DNA of 64,000 nucleotides from Desulfobacteraceae bacterium (lineage in GTDB: Bacteria; Desulfobacterota; Desulfobacteria; Desulfobacterales; JALSRD01): the NCBI GenBank assembly GCA_027061725.1, contig JAMOVG010000392.1, positions 8,644 to 72,643 on the forward strand, read 5' to 3'. This document shows, in pieces, positions 41,086 through 50,035 of this stretch; position 1 is the stretch's first letter; the number at the start of each line of letters is the position of its first letter. The notes below the pieces were generated by a model that did not search any database, was not told the origin of the DNA, and saw only the letters and a list, made by a program, of their open reading frames with translations. The position numbers were made by a program, and so were the translations under genes.

Positions 41086-41847
41086 TTGAAAAAGATCGCG
41101 GGACTGTTCATCTGTCTGTGGGTCATTGCAGGGTGGGGCTGTGCGACACGCACGCCGGCCCCAACGGCCGCCGCCATTAACGAGGCGGCCGTGCGCCGGC
41201 TGGTGCTGGACGTCATTCGGGACAACCCCGATGTGGTTTACGAGGCGGTTCGCAAACGCGCCGACCAGCTGAAAGCGGAGGCGCGTCGGCGGGAACTGGA
41301 GCGCAGTTTCACAGAGCGTGTCGACATCAAGGTGAGGCCCTCGGATCCCGCCAGGGGGCCGGAGGATGCCCCCGTGACCATCATCGAGTTCACCGATTTC
41401 CAGTGCCCCTACTGCGCGCGTGGGGCCAGCGTGATGGACGATCTGCTGGAAAAGTATCCCGGAAAATTGCGGCTGGTTTTCAAGAACAACCCGCTCAAGT
41501 TTCACAAGCATGCCATAGGCGCGGCCCGCGCGGCGCTGGCCGCCCATCGGCAGGGAAAGTTTTGGCCGTACTATGACCTGCTCTTCGACAATTACGACAA
41601 CTTGAGCCCCAGGCTATTCACTACCATCGCCGAGCAGCTGCAGCTGGACATGGCGCGCTTCAATCGGGACCGGGCATCCGAGAAGGTCGCGCAGCAGATC
41701 GAGGCCGACCGGCGGCAGGCCCGCAAGCACGGGTTCACTTCGACGCCCACCTTCGTGATCAACGGCGTGGTGGTGGTCGGCGTCCGCCGGCTGAACTACT
41801 TTGAGACGGTCATTGAGCGCCTGCTGCGCGAGTCACGGCAGGGCTGA
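41086..41847 (+). CDS. DsbA-family thiol:disulfide oxidoreductase (probable lipoprotein)
   Basis: Thioredoxin-fold CPYC motif (FTDFQCPYCARG). GGGAGGAG lies 7 nt upstream of a TTG at 41086, giving (M)KKIAGLFICLWVIAGWGC. ORF-track entry 41059 is slightly longer. Confidence 0.85.
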   Translation: MKKIAGLFICLWVIAGWGCATRTPAPTAAAINEAAVRRLVLDVIRDNPDVVYEAVRKRADQLKAEARRRELERSFTERVDIKVRPSDPARGPEDAPVTIIEFTDFQCPYCARGASVMDDLLEKYPGKLRLVFKNNPLKFHKHAIGAARAALAAHRQGKFWPYYDLLFDNYDNLSPRLFTTIAEQLQLDMARFNRDRASEKVAQQIEADRRQARKHGFTSTPTFVINGVVVVGVRRLNYFETVIERLLRESRQG

Positions 41848-41884
41848 AACGTGCCCGGCGGCAAACCACGAAAAGGGTTGCCAA

Positions 41885-42125
41885 AAGCGGTTTTATTTTT
41901 TTTAAAAATTAAAGAAATCCAAAGAAAAATGAAGATTTCAGGAGTGGAGTGGTGTGTTCATAACTTGTCAAAAACGGTCGATCTGCTTAAAATCCTTACC
42001 AAAATGAAGCACTTGAAAATCATTGTATTTAAAGCCGGTTGAGGCTGTAATGAATATTATATTTTGTTAAAACAATGTGTTGTACAATGTTTAAAACTGA
42101 TCCCCGATTTGTTTTAAAAACGCCT
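41885..42125. other. AT-rich island upstream of dnaA (candidate unwinding/regulatory region)
   Basis: Strikingly AT-rich versus the flanks. A/T runs (TTTTATTTTTTTTAAAAATTAAAG) and a direct repeat ACAATGT at 42072-42078 and 42084-42090. I could not find a perfect TTATCCACA box. Confidence 0.4.
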
Positions 42126-42135
42126 TTCTTCAGGA

Positions 42136-42162
42136 TTGACATCTCGGGGCCGATTCTATAAT
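42136..42162 (+). promoter_or_regulatory. candidate sigma-70 promoter of dnaA
   Basis: Perfect TTGACA (42136-42141) and perfect TATAAT (42157-42162), but only a 15-nt spacer. About 150 nt upstream of the dnaA ATG. Confidence 0.5.
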
Positions 42163-42315
42163 TTTCCGCCAGCTGAGATCACTTCGGCTATTTCCAGTCT
42201 ATTTCCTCTAAACCCTTGGAAATCATTCGTAGGCCCTGCTCCAGAGCCTGTTTTTAGCCTGTTTCCGGAGCGTCTGTATTCTGAAAGAAATGTTGCCGAG
42301 AGAGAGTTACGCCTG

Positions 42316-43668
42316 ATGGAAGCCGTTTGGGAAAAGGTGAAATCCGCAATCAAGGAAAGAGTGCCGGGGCACACTTTCAACATGTGGATCGCTCCTTTGA
42401 AATTCGGTGGATTCGATCAGAAGACTTTCGTTTTGTACAGCCCCAACTTTTTTTCGAGAAACCGCGTCAAGACCCACTACGCTGACCTGATTCGCGACCA
42501 GCTCTGCGATGCCCTCGGTAAAAGGGTGTTTTTGGTCATCGAGACCGGCGGGCGCTCAGGCGGCACGGCATCCCGTGAACTGGCCCCCCGCCGACAGCGC
42601 AGCCTGCCCAACATGGGCATCCGGCCCCACAGCGGCCGTCTGCTGCGGCGGGACTTTACCTTCGACCAGTTCGTGGTGGGGGGCAACAACGATTTTGCCT
42701 ACACCGCCTCACTGGCCCTGGCCTCTCGCCGCAAACGCAAAAACGGCTGTGAGAACGCCCTCTTCCTGCTGTCGAAACCCGGCATGGGCAAGAGTCACCT
42801 GTCCCAGGCCATCGGTCACTACATTCTTTCCGAGTTTCCCAACGAGAGCGTTTATTACGTGACGGCCGAGGACTTCAGTGCCGAGATGGTCAGCGCCTTT
42901 CGGGAAGACAGCGTGGAGCGTTTCAAGGAGAAGTACCGGCGCAACTGCGACGTGCTGCTGCTGGAGGATGTCCACTATCTGAGCGGGAAGGACCGTACGC
43001 AGGTCGAACTGGCCATGACCCTCGACTTCCTGCTGGAGTCCGACAAGAAGATTATTTTTTCCAGCTGTTACCGCCTGTCGGATATTCCCAAACTCAACGA
43101 CAAGTTGCGCTCCCGCCTTTCCTACGGCCTGACGTCCATCATCGAACCGCCGGACTTCAAAACCCGAGTGCGGATTCTCAAGAAGAAAGCCTCGGCCTAT
43201 GGCAGCCAGGTGCCTGTCGATGTCATCGGTTACCTGGCGTCGGAGCTCACCGAAGATGTTCGCCAGCTGGAGAGCGGGCTGGTAGGCGTCAGCGCCAAGT
43301 CCTCCCTGATGGGCATTCCCATCGATCGCGATCTGGCCGAGAGTGTGGTCCGCAACATCATCCGCCAGCGCAAACGCATCACCATCGATGCCATCAAGAA
43401 ACTGGTGTGCGCCCAGTACAACATCACCCTGGCCGATATCGTGTCGCGTTCCCGTCGCCAGGCCGTGGTTCGGCCGCGCCAGATTGCCATGTACCTCTCC
43501 CGGCGCTACACCGACTCCCCGCTGCAGGTGATCGGCAAAAGCTTCAACCGCTACCACGCCACCGCCATGCACGCCATCGCGGCCGTGGAAAAGGGCATAC
43601 GCCAGAACGGTGCGGTCCGCAAGCAGGTGGAATACCTGCAGAAGAAGCTGGAAACAGGGGATTTCTAG
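42316..43668 (+). CDS. dnaA: chromosomal replication initiator DnaA-family protein (atypical domain IV signature)
   Basis: The ATG at 42316 (MEAVWEKVKSAIKERV) gives 450 aa. Domain I start, AAA+ Walker A KPGMGKSH, LRSRLSYG arginine-finger box, and C-terminal RPRQIAMYLSRRYT helix. ORF-track entry 42136 starts inside the promoter. Confidence 0.9.
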   Translation: MEAVWEKVKSAIKERVPGHTFNMWIAPLKFGGFDQKTFVLYSPNFFSRNRVKTHYADLIRDQLCDALGKRVFLVIETGGRSGGTASRELAPRRQRSLPNMGIRPHSGRLLRRDFTFDQFVVGGNNDFAYTASLALASRRKRKNGCENALFLLSKPGMGKSHLSQAIGHYILSEFPNESVYYVTAEDFSAEMVSAFREDSVERFKEKYRRNCDVLLLEDVHYLSGKDRTQVELAMTLDFLLESDKKIIFSSCYRLSDIPKLNDKLRSRLSYGLTSIIEPPDFKTRVRILKKKASAYGSQVPVDVIGYLASELTEDVRQLESGLVGVSAKSSLMGIPIDRDLAESVVRNIIRQRKRITIDAIKKLVCAQYNITLADIVSRSRRQAVVRPRQIAMYLSRRYTDSPLQVIGKSFNRYHATAMHAIAAVEKGIRQNGAVRKQVEYLQKKLETGDF

Positions 43669-43834
43669 AGCGCTGTCCCCCGTGAGGGTCACTGCTCCAC
43701 AACGAAAAGCGGCACGGCCCCGCCGCCCACCCGCATGTTGATGATGAATTCGCCGGCCAGCCGGCCGACGCATCCGTCGGCGTCCGTGTTGGGTTTTATC
43801 TTGTCAAGAAAATCTCTCAGCCGTGCGTAAACAG

Positions 43835-43868
43835 AAAAAGCCCGCCACCGGACGGGGCGGGCTTTTTC
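43835..43868. terminator. bidirectional rho-independent terminator
   Basis: AAAAA-GCCCGCC-(9-nt loop)-GGCGGGC-TTTTT. The stem arms are 43840-43846 and 43856-62, flanked by an A-run and a T-run. Lies between dnaA (+) and the small Cys protein gene (-). Confidence 0.8.
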
Positions 43869-43903
43869 TCGGCCGATCGGTATGTCGCCGTTGGTCGGCG
43901 CAG

Positions 43904-44101
43904 TTACTGGGTAGTGGAGAACGGTTCTTCGGCGGAGATCAGCTCTTCGAGCAGTTCCATCCGACTGTTGCGTTCATACTCGATGGCGCAGCGCAGACGC
44001 AGGGCGCACAGCTTGGTGCATACCCTCTCCTGACGGTTGTACGCGCCGAAACAGCTATCCGGACCGGTTCCGAACATGGGATAGTTGAGATTGATTTCCA
44101 T
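43904..44101 (-). CDS. small four-cysteine protein, unknown function
   Basis: 65 aa with G/C-rich third codon positions. Starts 10 nt after the suhB stop, with GAGGGA upstream. Cys at positions 17, 28, 32 and 38. Confidence 0.6.
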   Translation of the reverse strand: MEINLNYPMFGTGPDSCFGAYNRQERVCTKLCALRLRCAIEYERNSRMELLEELISAEEPFSTTQ

Positions 44102-44111
44102 AAAGCATCCC

Positions 44112-44888
44112 TCAAATCTGCAGTATTGACATCAGTTGACGGTGAATCCGTCCATTGGTGGCCAGTATTTCCCTCTTCTCGACATGGTACGCCACACCGG
44201 CGAAATCTGTCACCATGGCCCCGGCTTCGGAAGCAATCAGGGCACCGGCGGCCGTGTCCCAGGGGTGCAGGTTCTCCTCCCAGTAGCCGTCGAAGCGGCC
44301 GCAGGCCAGTTGACACAGATCCAGCGCCGCCGAACCCATGCGGCGTACGCCTAACGCGGCGAGGGAGCAGGCCCTGAAGCGAGCCAGCAGTCGATCCAAC
44401 TCCCCGGTGCTGCCGTAGATCAGCCCCGTCGCCAGGAAACTGTCGGCCAGACGCGCGACCCCTGACACCCGGATGGGGTGTTCGTTCAGGTGCGCCCCCT
44501 TTCCGGAAACGGCGCTGAAGAACTCTCCCGTAGCCGGGTTCAGCACGACACCTGCGACGATGCGGCCGTCCAGTTCGAAGGCAATCGATACCGCGAAGTA
44601 ATTCAGCCCGTGGGCGAAGTTAATGGTGCCGTCCAGCGGATCGACCAGCCAGCGGCATCCCGTATCGCCGCGGCTCAGCCCGCCCTCCTCGGCGAGGATA
44701 CTGTGCCCCGGGAAAGCCCTGGCGATGGTTTTTGCAATTATCTCCTCGGAAGCCGTATCCGCCTCGGTGACCAAATCGCGGGTGCCCTTGGGGCGGACGT
44801 CGCAGCGGCCCCGGAAATAGGACTGCAGCAGGTGGGCGCTCCTGTAAGCTGCGTCGGTGGCCACCTCCATGATACGTTCCAGGTCCAT
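44112..44888 (-). CDS. suhB: inositol monophosphatase family protein (SuhB-like)
   Basis: IMPase motifs (LAEEGG, WLVDPLDGTINF, WDTAAG). Confidence 0.92.
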   Translation of the reverse strand: MDLERIMEVATDAAYRSAHLLQSYFRGRCDVRPKGTRDLVTEADTASEEIIAKTIARAFPGHSILAEEGGLSRGDTGCRWLVDPLDGTINFAHGLNYFAVSIAFELDGRIVAGVVLNPATGEFFSAVSGKGAHLNEHPIRVSGVARLADSFLATGLIYGSTGELDRLLARFRACSLAALGVRRMGSAALDLCQLACGRFDGYWEENLHPWDTAAGALIASEAGAMVTDFAGVAYHVEKREILATNGRIHRQLMSILQI

Positions 44889-44900
44889 GCGGCTTGTGTT

Positions 44901-46610
44901 TTAGCCCCAACGCGTCTGCGTGTCAAGCTCCCCGTGGGGCGGCGGGGAAAGGCCGGTGCCTCCTGCGTGCGGCGGCTCGGCGGTGATTTCCGAAATGCGG
45001 CGTGCCATTTCACGGATCAGCGGCTTGAGAGAGGCGCGCTCCAGGGCCGACACGGCGATGCCGTTCAGCCGCTCCTGCCGCTGCGCCGTGGCCTGGGGGG
45101 ACAGCCGGTCCTTCTTGTTGAGTACGCGCACCAGCGGGATGCGGTCGAGCTGCAGGTCGGTCAGCGTCTTTTCCACCGAGCGGATGTGATCTTCGTGGCG
45201 CGGATTGCTGATGTCGATGACGTGCAACAGCAGGTCGGCACCCTCGAGTTCCTCCAGCGTGGCGCGGAAGGCCACCAGCAGGTCTTCCGGCAAGTCCTGG
45301 ATGAAGCCCACTGTGTCGGTGATGATGACCTCCATGTCACGGGGAAAGCGAAGGCGGCGGCTGGCGGGGTCCAGGGTGGCGAAGAGGCGGTTTTCGACGG
45401 TCACCCGGCTGTGGGTCAGGGTGTTGAGAAGGGTGGATTTGCCGGCGTTGGTGTACCCCACGATGGAGATCACCGGCAACCCCTGGCGGCGGCGCAGGGC
45501 CTTCTGGCGCCCGCGGTACTGCCGCACCCGCTGCAGGGCCTCTTCCAGCTGTCGGATGCGCTGCCGGGCGCGGCGCCGATTGATCTCCAGTTTGGTTTCG
45601 CCGGGGCCGCGGCCTCCGATGCCGCCGGTGAGCCGTGACATGGCGGTGTTCTTGGTGACCAGCCGCGGCAGCAGGTACTTGAGCTGCGCCAGTTCCACCT
45701 GCAGTTTGCCCTCGCGGCTTTGGGCGCGCTGGGCGAAGATGTCCAGGATCATCTGGGTGCGGTCGATGACCTTGAGCTCTGTGCTGTTGGTGATGGACCG
45801 GATCTGGGAGGGGTTGAGCTCCTGGTCGAAGATGATTAGCGAGGCCCCCTTCTGCAGGGCCTCCAGGGTGATTTCCTGCAGTTTGCCGCGACCCACCAGG
45901 AAGCGTGGATCGGCTTTGCGGCGCTGCTGCAGCACGCTGCCGACCACTTCGATGCCCCCCGAGGCCGCCAGCTCCCGCAGTTCCGCCAGCGATTGCCGGG
46001 CGGTGCGGGTTGGACCGGTGGCCACACTTACCAGCAGGGCGCGCTCCGATGCGGCGTCACCCCGGGGCTGCGACGGACGCACGAAGGCCATCTCGTCTTC
46101 CAGGGCGCGGATCAGCTGCAGGCACCCGATGTCCAGCTGGTGGGGCAGGAGTGGGTCCAGTTCCTGGCAGGCTTCGCCGGGTTGCGGCCGGGGCAGAACG
46201 TGGGCGGCATGCACGCGCGTCGGGGCCCCGGCGCCGTCCATGGCCACGGCTGCCATGAGATCCAGGCGCAGCAGGGCCAGGTCAGTGAGGTCGTCGGAGG
46301 ACAGGGACTCGCCCTTCAAATGGGTGTGCACGCAGCGCAGGCCCCGCAGCCTTCCGGGCGCGGCACGGTATTCGCGGGTGTCCGGGATGACTACCTTGTG
46401 CTGGTCGCCGGCGATGACGTGGGTGACGCGTCCCTGGCGGTTGATCAGGACGGCCACCTGGCGCCGGATGCTGTGGGACAGCGCCGCCAGTTCGCGCACC
46501 TGCTCGGTGGTGGCCAGATACTCGGGCGGTGTGCGCCGGCGGTAGAGCCGCTCCAGGCGGCGCAGCTGGCTGGGCTTGAGGCCCGCCGTGTGGCCGAAGA
46601 TTTTCTTCAC
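44901..46610 (-). CDS. hflX: GTPase HflX
   Basis: HflX N-terminal domain followed by a G domain ([18 protein letters not shown]). Confidence 0.93.
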   Translation of the reverse strand: MKKIFGHTAGLKPSQLRRLERLYRRRTPPEYLATTEQVRELAALSHSIRRQVAVLINRQGRVTHVIAGDQHKVVIPDTREYRAAPGRLRGLRCVHTHLKGESLSSDDLTDLALLRLDLMAAVAMDGAGAPTRVHAAHVLPRPQPGEACQELDPLLPHQLDIGCLQLIRALEDEMAFVRPSQPRGDAASERALLVSVATGPTRTARQSLAELRELAASGGIEVVGSVLQQRRKADPRFLVGRGKLQEITLEALQKGASLIIFDQELNPSQIRSITNSTELKVIDRTQMILDIFAQRAQSREGKLQVELAQLKYLLPRLVTKNTAMSRLTGGIGGRGPGETKLEINRRRARQRIRQLEEALQRVRQYRGRQKALRRRQGLPVISIVGYTNAGKSTLLNTLTHSRVTVENRLFATLDPASRRLRFPRDMEVIITDTVGFIQDLPEDLLVAFRATLEELEGADLLLHVIDISNPRHEDHIRSVEKTLTDLQLDRIPLVRVLNKKDRLSPQATAQRQERLNGIAVSALERASLKPLIREMARRISEITAEPPHAGGTGLSPPPHGELDTQTRWG

Positions 46611-46739
46611 CGTGCGTCCGCTCCGCAGCGCACTTCTGCGCCGCTGTCGGGTGCGCTCACGATGGCGGACGGAGCTGTGGCGGGATCACCGGGGCGGCAT
46701 AAGACGGCCGCAGCGGCCACCCCTTTCCTGGCACGACGG

Positions 46740-48116
46740 TCAGGGCTGATGGAACTCCTCCAGGTTCTCGAAGCGGGTGTAGGCCCCCAGAAAGGCCAGG
46801 GTCACCTCCCCGGTGGGGCCGTTGCGCTGCTTCTTGAGCAGGATTTCGGCAGTTCCCCGCTTGGGGTTGTTCTCTTCCTTGTTATAGACCTCGTCGCGGT
46901 AGATGAAAGCCACCACATCGGCGTCCTGCTCCAGAGCCCCGGACTCCCGCAGGTCCGACAGCTGTGGGCGCTTGTCACTGCGCTGCTCAAGCATGCGGTT
47001 GAGCTGCGACAGGGCGATCACGGGCACGTCCAGTTCCTTGGCCAGGGCCTTCAGGGCACGTGAGATCTCGGAGACTTCCAACTCGCGGCGCTCCGATGTG
47101 CGCCGGGACTGCATGAGCTGCAGGTAGTCGATGATGATCAGTCCCAGGCCCTTGTCCATCTTGAGCCGCCGGGCCTTGGTGCGGATCTCCAGCACCGATA
47201 TGTTGGGCGTGTCGTCGATGAAGATGGGGGCCTCGGACAAGGTGCTGGCAGCGTCGGTGATCAGGTTCCACTCCTCGTCGCTGAAAAGGCCGCCGCGCAG
47301 CTGCATGGAGTCTACGCTGGCTTCGGCACACAGCATGCGCAGGGACAGCTGCTCCTTGGACATCTCCAGCGAGAAGATGGCCACCGGAACGCCTTCCTCC
47401 ACAGCCGCGTGCCGGGCGATGTTCAGTGCCAGGGCCGTCTTACCCATGCTGGGCCGCGCTGCCAGGATGATCAGGTCGCTTTTCTGGAAACCGGCCGTCA
47501 GGGCGTCGAGCCGGGTGAAGCCCGAGGCCACGCCCGTGATCAGGGCCCGCTGTTTCTGGCGTTCCTCCAGGGTGTCGATGTTGCGCAGGATGATCTTGCT
47601 GATGGGGGAGAAGTCCTGCCGCGACTTGTTCTCGGAGATCTCGAAGATGGCGCTTTCCGCGAAATCGATGATTTCATCGACGCTGCCCATATCCTCGTAG
47701 CATCGCTGGGTGATAGCGCCGGCTTTCTGGATGAGGCGCCGCAGGGCGGCCTTGTCGTGGATGATCTTGGCATATTGCCGGGCATTGGCCGCCGCCGGGA
47801 CGGTTTCGATCAGCTTAGAGAGGTAGCTGGCGCCGCCGGCCTTTTCCAGGTTTCCCTTCTCCTTTAGCGCTTGGGTCAGGGTGATCAGGTCGACGGGCTC
47901 GCTCTTCTCAAAGAGGTCCACGACCGCATCGAAGATCATCTGGTGTCCCGGCCGGTAGAAATCCTCGGGCTGCAGAACCTCCAGCACGTCGAACAGCAGG
48001 CCGTTGTCGAGCATCAGGGCGCTCAGCAGGCGCTCCTCCGCCTCCACGGCCTGGGGCAGCACGTGGGCCAGGGAGGGATCCCGGCCGGGTGCGGCGGATT
48101 CCTCGGGGCGGTTCAT
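46740..48116 (-). CDS. dnaB: replicative DNA helicase DnaB
   Basis: N-terminal domain (PQAVEAEERLLSALML), Walker A ARPSMGKTA, Walker B IIIDYLQLM, and further RecA-fold motifs. Confidence 0.97.
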   Translation of the reverse strand: MNRPEESAAPGRDPSLAHVLPQAVEAEERLLSALMLDNGLLFDVLEVLQPEDFYRPGHQMIFDAVVDLFEKSEPVDLITLTQALKEKGNLEKAGGASYLSKLIETVPAAANARQYAKIIHDKAALRRLIQKAGAITQRCYEDMGSVDEIIDFAESAIFEISENKSRQDFSPISKIILRNIDTLEERQKQRALITGVASGFTRLDALTAGFQKSDLIILAARPSMGKTALALNIARHAAVEEGVPVAIFSLEMSKEQLSLRMLCAEASVDSMQLRGGLFSDEEWNLITDAASTLSEAPIFIDDTPNISVLEIRTKARRLKMDKGLGLIIIDYLQLMQSRRTSERRELEVSEISRALKALAKELDVPVIALSQLNRMLEQRSDKRPQLSDLRESGALEQDADVVAFIYRDEVYNKEENNPKRGTAEILLKKQRNGPTGEVTLAFLGAYTRFENLEEFHQP

Positions 48117-48192
48117 GCCGACCCCACCCGGCCCCGGCTGGCGAAACGCCGACCGTCGCCGCGGGGATTCCTGGTGCTGCTGACGACGGCGG

Positions 48193-48636
48193 TCATTCCG
48201 GTACGATTTCCACGGTGATCTCGGGTTCGACGTCCTTGTAGACGCGGATGGGCACCTTGTGGGTGCCGACGGTCTTAATGGGGGCGCTCAGCAGCACCTG
48301 GCGCTTTTCCACCTCAATGCCCTGCTTCTTGAGGGCCGTGACGATGTCGCGCACCGTGACCGAACCATACAGGCGTTCGCCTTCGTGCACCTTGGCGGGG
48401 ATCTGGCAGGATACGCCCTCTAGTTTGGACGCCATCTCCTGGGCCAGGCTCTTTTCCTTGGCAATCTGCAACTCGAACTTGGCACGCTGCTGCTCAATGA
48501 TCTTGCGGTTCTGCTCGGTAGCTTCCACCGCCTTGCCCTGAGGCAGAAGGTAGTTTCGGGCGTAGCCGTCGGCTACGCTCACCTCGCTGCCGATGATGCC
48601 CAGGGACTGGATGGTTTCCTTGAGAATGACTTTCAT
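48193..48636 (-). CDS. rplI: 50S ribosomal protein L9
   Basis: MKVILKETIQSLG start with GGAGG 5 nt upstream. The ORF-track start at 48648 adds four residues. rplI-dnaB synteny. Confidence 0.95.
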   Translation of the reverse strand: MKVILKETIQSLGIIGSEVSVADGYARNYLLPQGKAVEATEQNRKIIEQQRAKFELQIAKEKSLAQEMASKLEGVSCQIPAKVHEGERLYGSVTVRDIVTALKKQGIEVEKRQVLLSAPIKTVGTHKVPIRVYKDVEPEITVEIVPE

Positions 48637-48736
48637 ACTGGCCTCCATGTTTATCGATATAGCGGTTGTGACCGGTGGGTCACTTCGTCAATAGCCGTTT
48701 GTTAGAATCAAAACCATCCCGGCCGGTGTCCGAACC

Positions 48737-49696
48737 TCACGCGGTGCCGGGGTCCTGCGATCCGAGTTTTCGGAAGTTGAACCAGGTGTCGAAAAGCCCC
48801 AGGGCGATGACCAGCAATACCAGCATCTGCTGCACCGCCACCAGGCTGTAAATAAATACCCGCAGCAGCCGCGGAAAACCCTTCTTCTCAAAGAAAAAGG
48901 CCACGATGGCGATTCCCTGGAAGAAGTAGACCACCAGCAGGACGAGTAGACCGTTAAGCCCCAGGAGCTTCAGCGCTCCGCCTGCAAAGGCCACCATCAC
49001 CCCGCAGGCGATAATGCCCCACACCAGGTGCTCCGGGGACCGCCAGCGGTTCAGGGGGCCGTAGGCCGGGAAGGGCAGCCGGCGGGCCGCCAGCAGGGGG
49101 CGCGCCAGCAGCAGGTTGGCCCACACCACCAGCAGGGTCGACATGATGGCCAGCGACGGGAGCAGGCGCACCAATACATATCGGATGCGGTCCAGCGAAC
49201 GGGCCAGCAGGTCCACGTTTTCCGGGGACACACCCATGCGCTTGTAAAGCGCTAGGGTCAGCTCCAGGTTGCGTCCCACGTACCCCGTCACCAGGTCGAT
49301 CACGCCGGTGCCGGAAGCCAGGCTGCTGACCATCAGAACGGCCAAGCCGCAGAGAAAAGCCGTGCCGGCCGTGAAGAGCACGGTGGGCTCCAGCGGCATG
49401 TTGAGCTCGAACATCTCACCCAGGACGAGGCCGATCACCAGCAGTTCAAAAAAGAACCACAGGTCGATGGACACGCCGCCGATCACCAGCAGCATCAGCA
49501 GGGCCGACAGCAGTGCCACCGTTAGTCCGCCGTGGCGCCCCAGTTTCAGGCGGTAGAACAGCACCGGCAACGGGATGAACACCGCACTCATGAACCCAAC
49601 GATGGGGATGAACGCCGCCAGCGCGAACACACCGCCGGTGATGGCGACGCCCCTGACGATGTCTCTGACGGCATTTGCGGTGGCTACCGGTGGCAC
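48737..49696 (-). CDS. DUF2232 (YybS-like) polytopic membrane protein
   Basis: Multi-TM protein in the position between rpsR and rplI, as for yybS in Firmicutes. Confidence 0.8.
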   Translation of the reverse strand: MPPVATANAVRDIVRGVAITGGVFALAAFIPIVGFMSAVFIPLPVLFYRLKLGRHGGLTVALLSALLMLLVIGGVSIDLWFFFELLVIGLVLGEMFELNMPLEPTVLFTAGTAFLCGLAVLMVSSLASGTGVIDLVTGYVGRNLELTLALYKRMGVSPENVDLLARSLDRIRYVLVRLLPSLAIMSTLLVVWANLLLARPLLAARRLPFPAYGPLNRWRSPEHLVWGIIACGVMVAFAGGALKLLGLNGLLVLLVVYFFQGIAIVAFFFEKKGFPRLLRVFIYSLVAVQQMLVLLVIALGLFDTWFNFRKLGSQDPGTA

Positions 49697-49744
49697 GGGC
49701 GGCTCTCCCTGTACCGGGCCCCAGGCGGGAACCCCTCGACCGGG

Positions 49745-50023
49745 CTAACGGTAATCCAGCGACCCCACGAAAGGCAGCAACGCGAGGATGCGGGCGCGCT
49801 TGATGGCCAGGGTCAGTTCGCGCTGGTGCTTGGCACAGGTCCCCGAAATGCGCCGTGGAATGATTTTACCGCGTTCGGTGATGTAGTATTTCAGCGCTTT
49901 GGGGTCTTTGTAGTCGATCTTCAGGCTGGTGTCGGCGCAGAAGCGGCAGACCTTGCGACGGTGGTAGACTCTTCTTCTCTTGTAGCCGGGGCGGCGTTTG
50001 GTATGACGAGGCGCTGGGGCCAT
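49745..50023 (-). CDS. rpsR: 30S ribosomal protein S18
   Basis: RRKVCRFC ... IDYKD...[21 protein letters not shown] hallmark. Confidence 0.95.
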   Translation of the reverse strand: MAPAPRHTKRRPGYKRRRVYHRRKVCRFCADTSLKIDYKDPKALKYYITERGKIIPRRISGTCAKHQRELTLAIKRARILALLPFVGSLDYR

Positions 50024-50035
50024 GATGTCAGCTCC

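Noticed and set aside
41885-42315. Calling this region oriC outright.
   Set aside because: I found no consensus DnaA boxes, and the local gene-strand pattern is the opposite of that expected at an origin. It is reported only as an AT-rich candidate regulatory or unwinding region.
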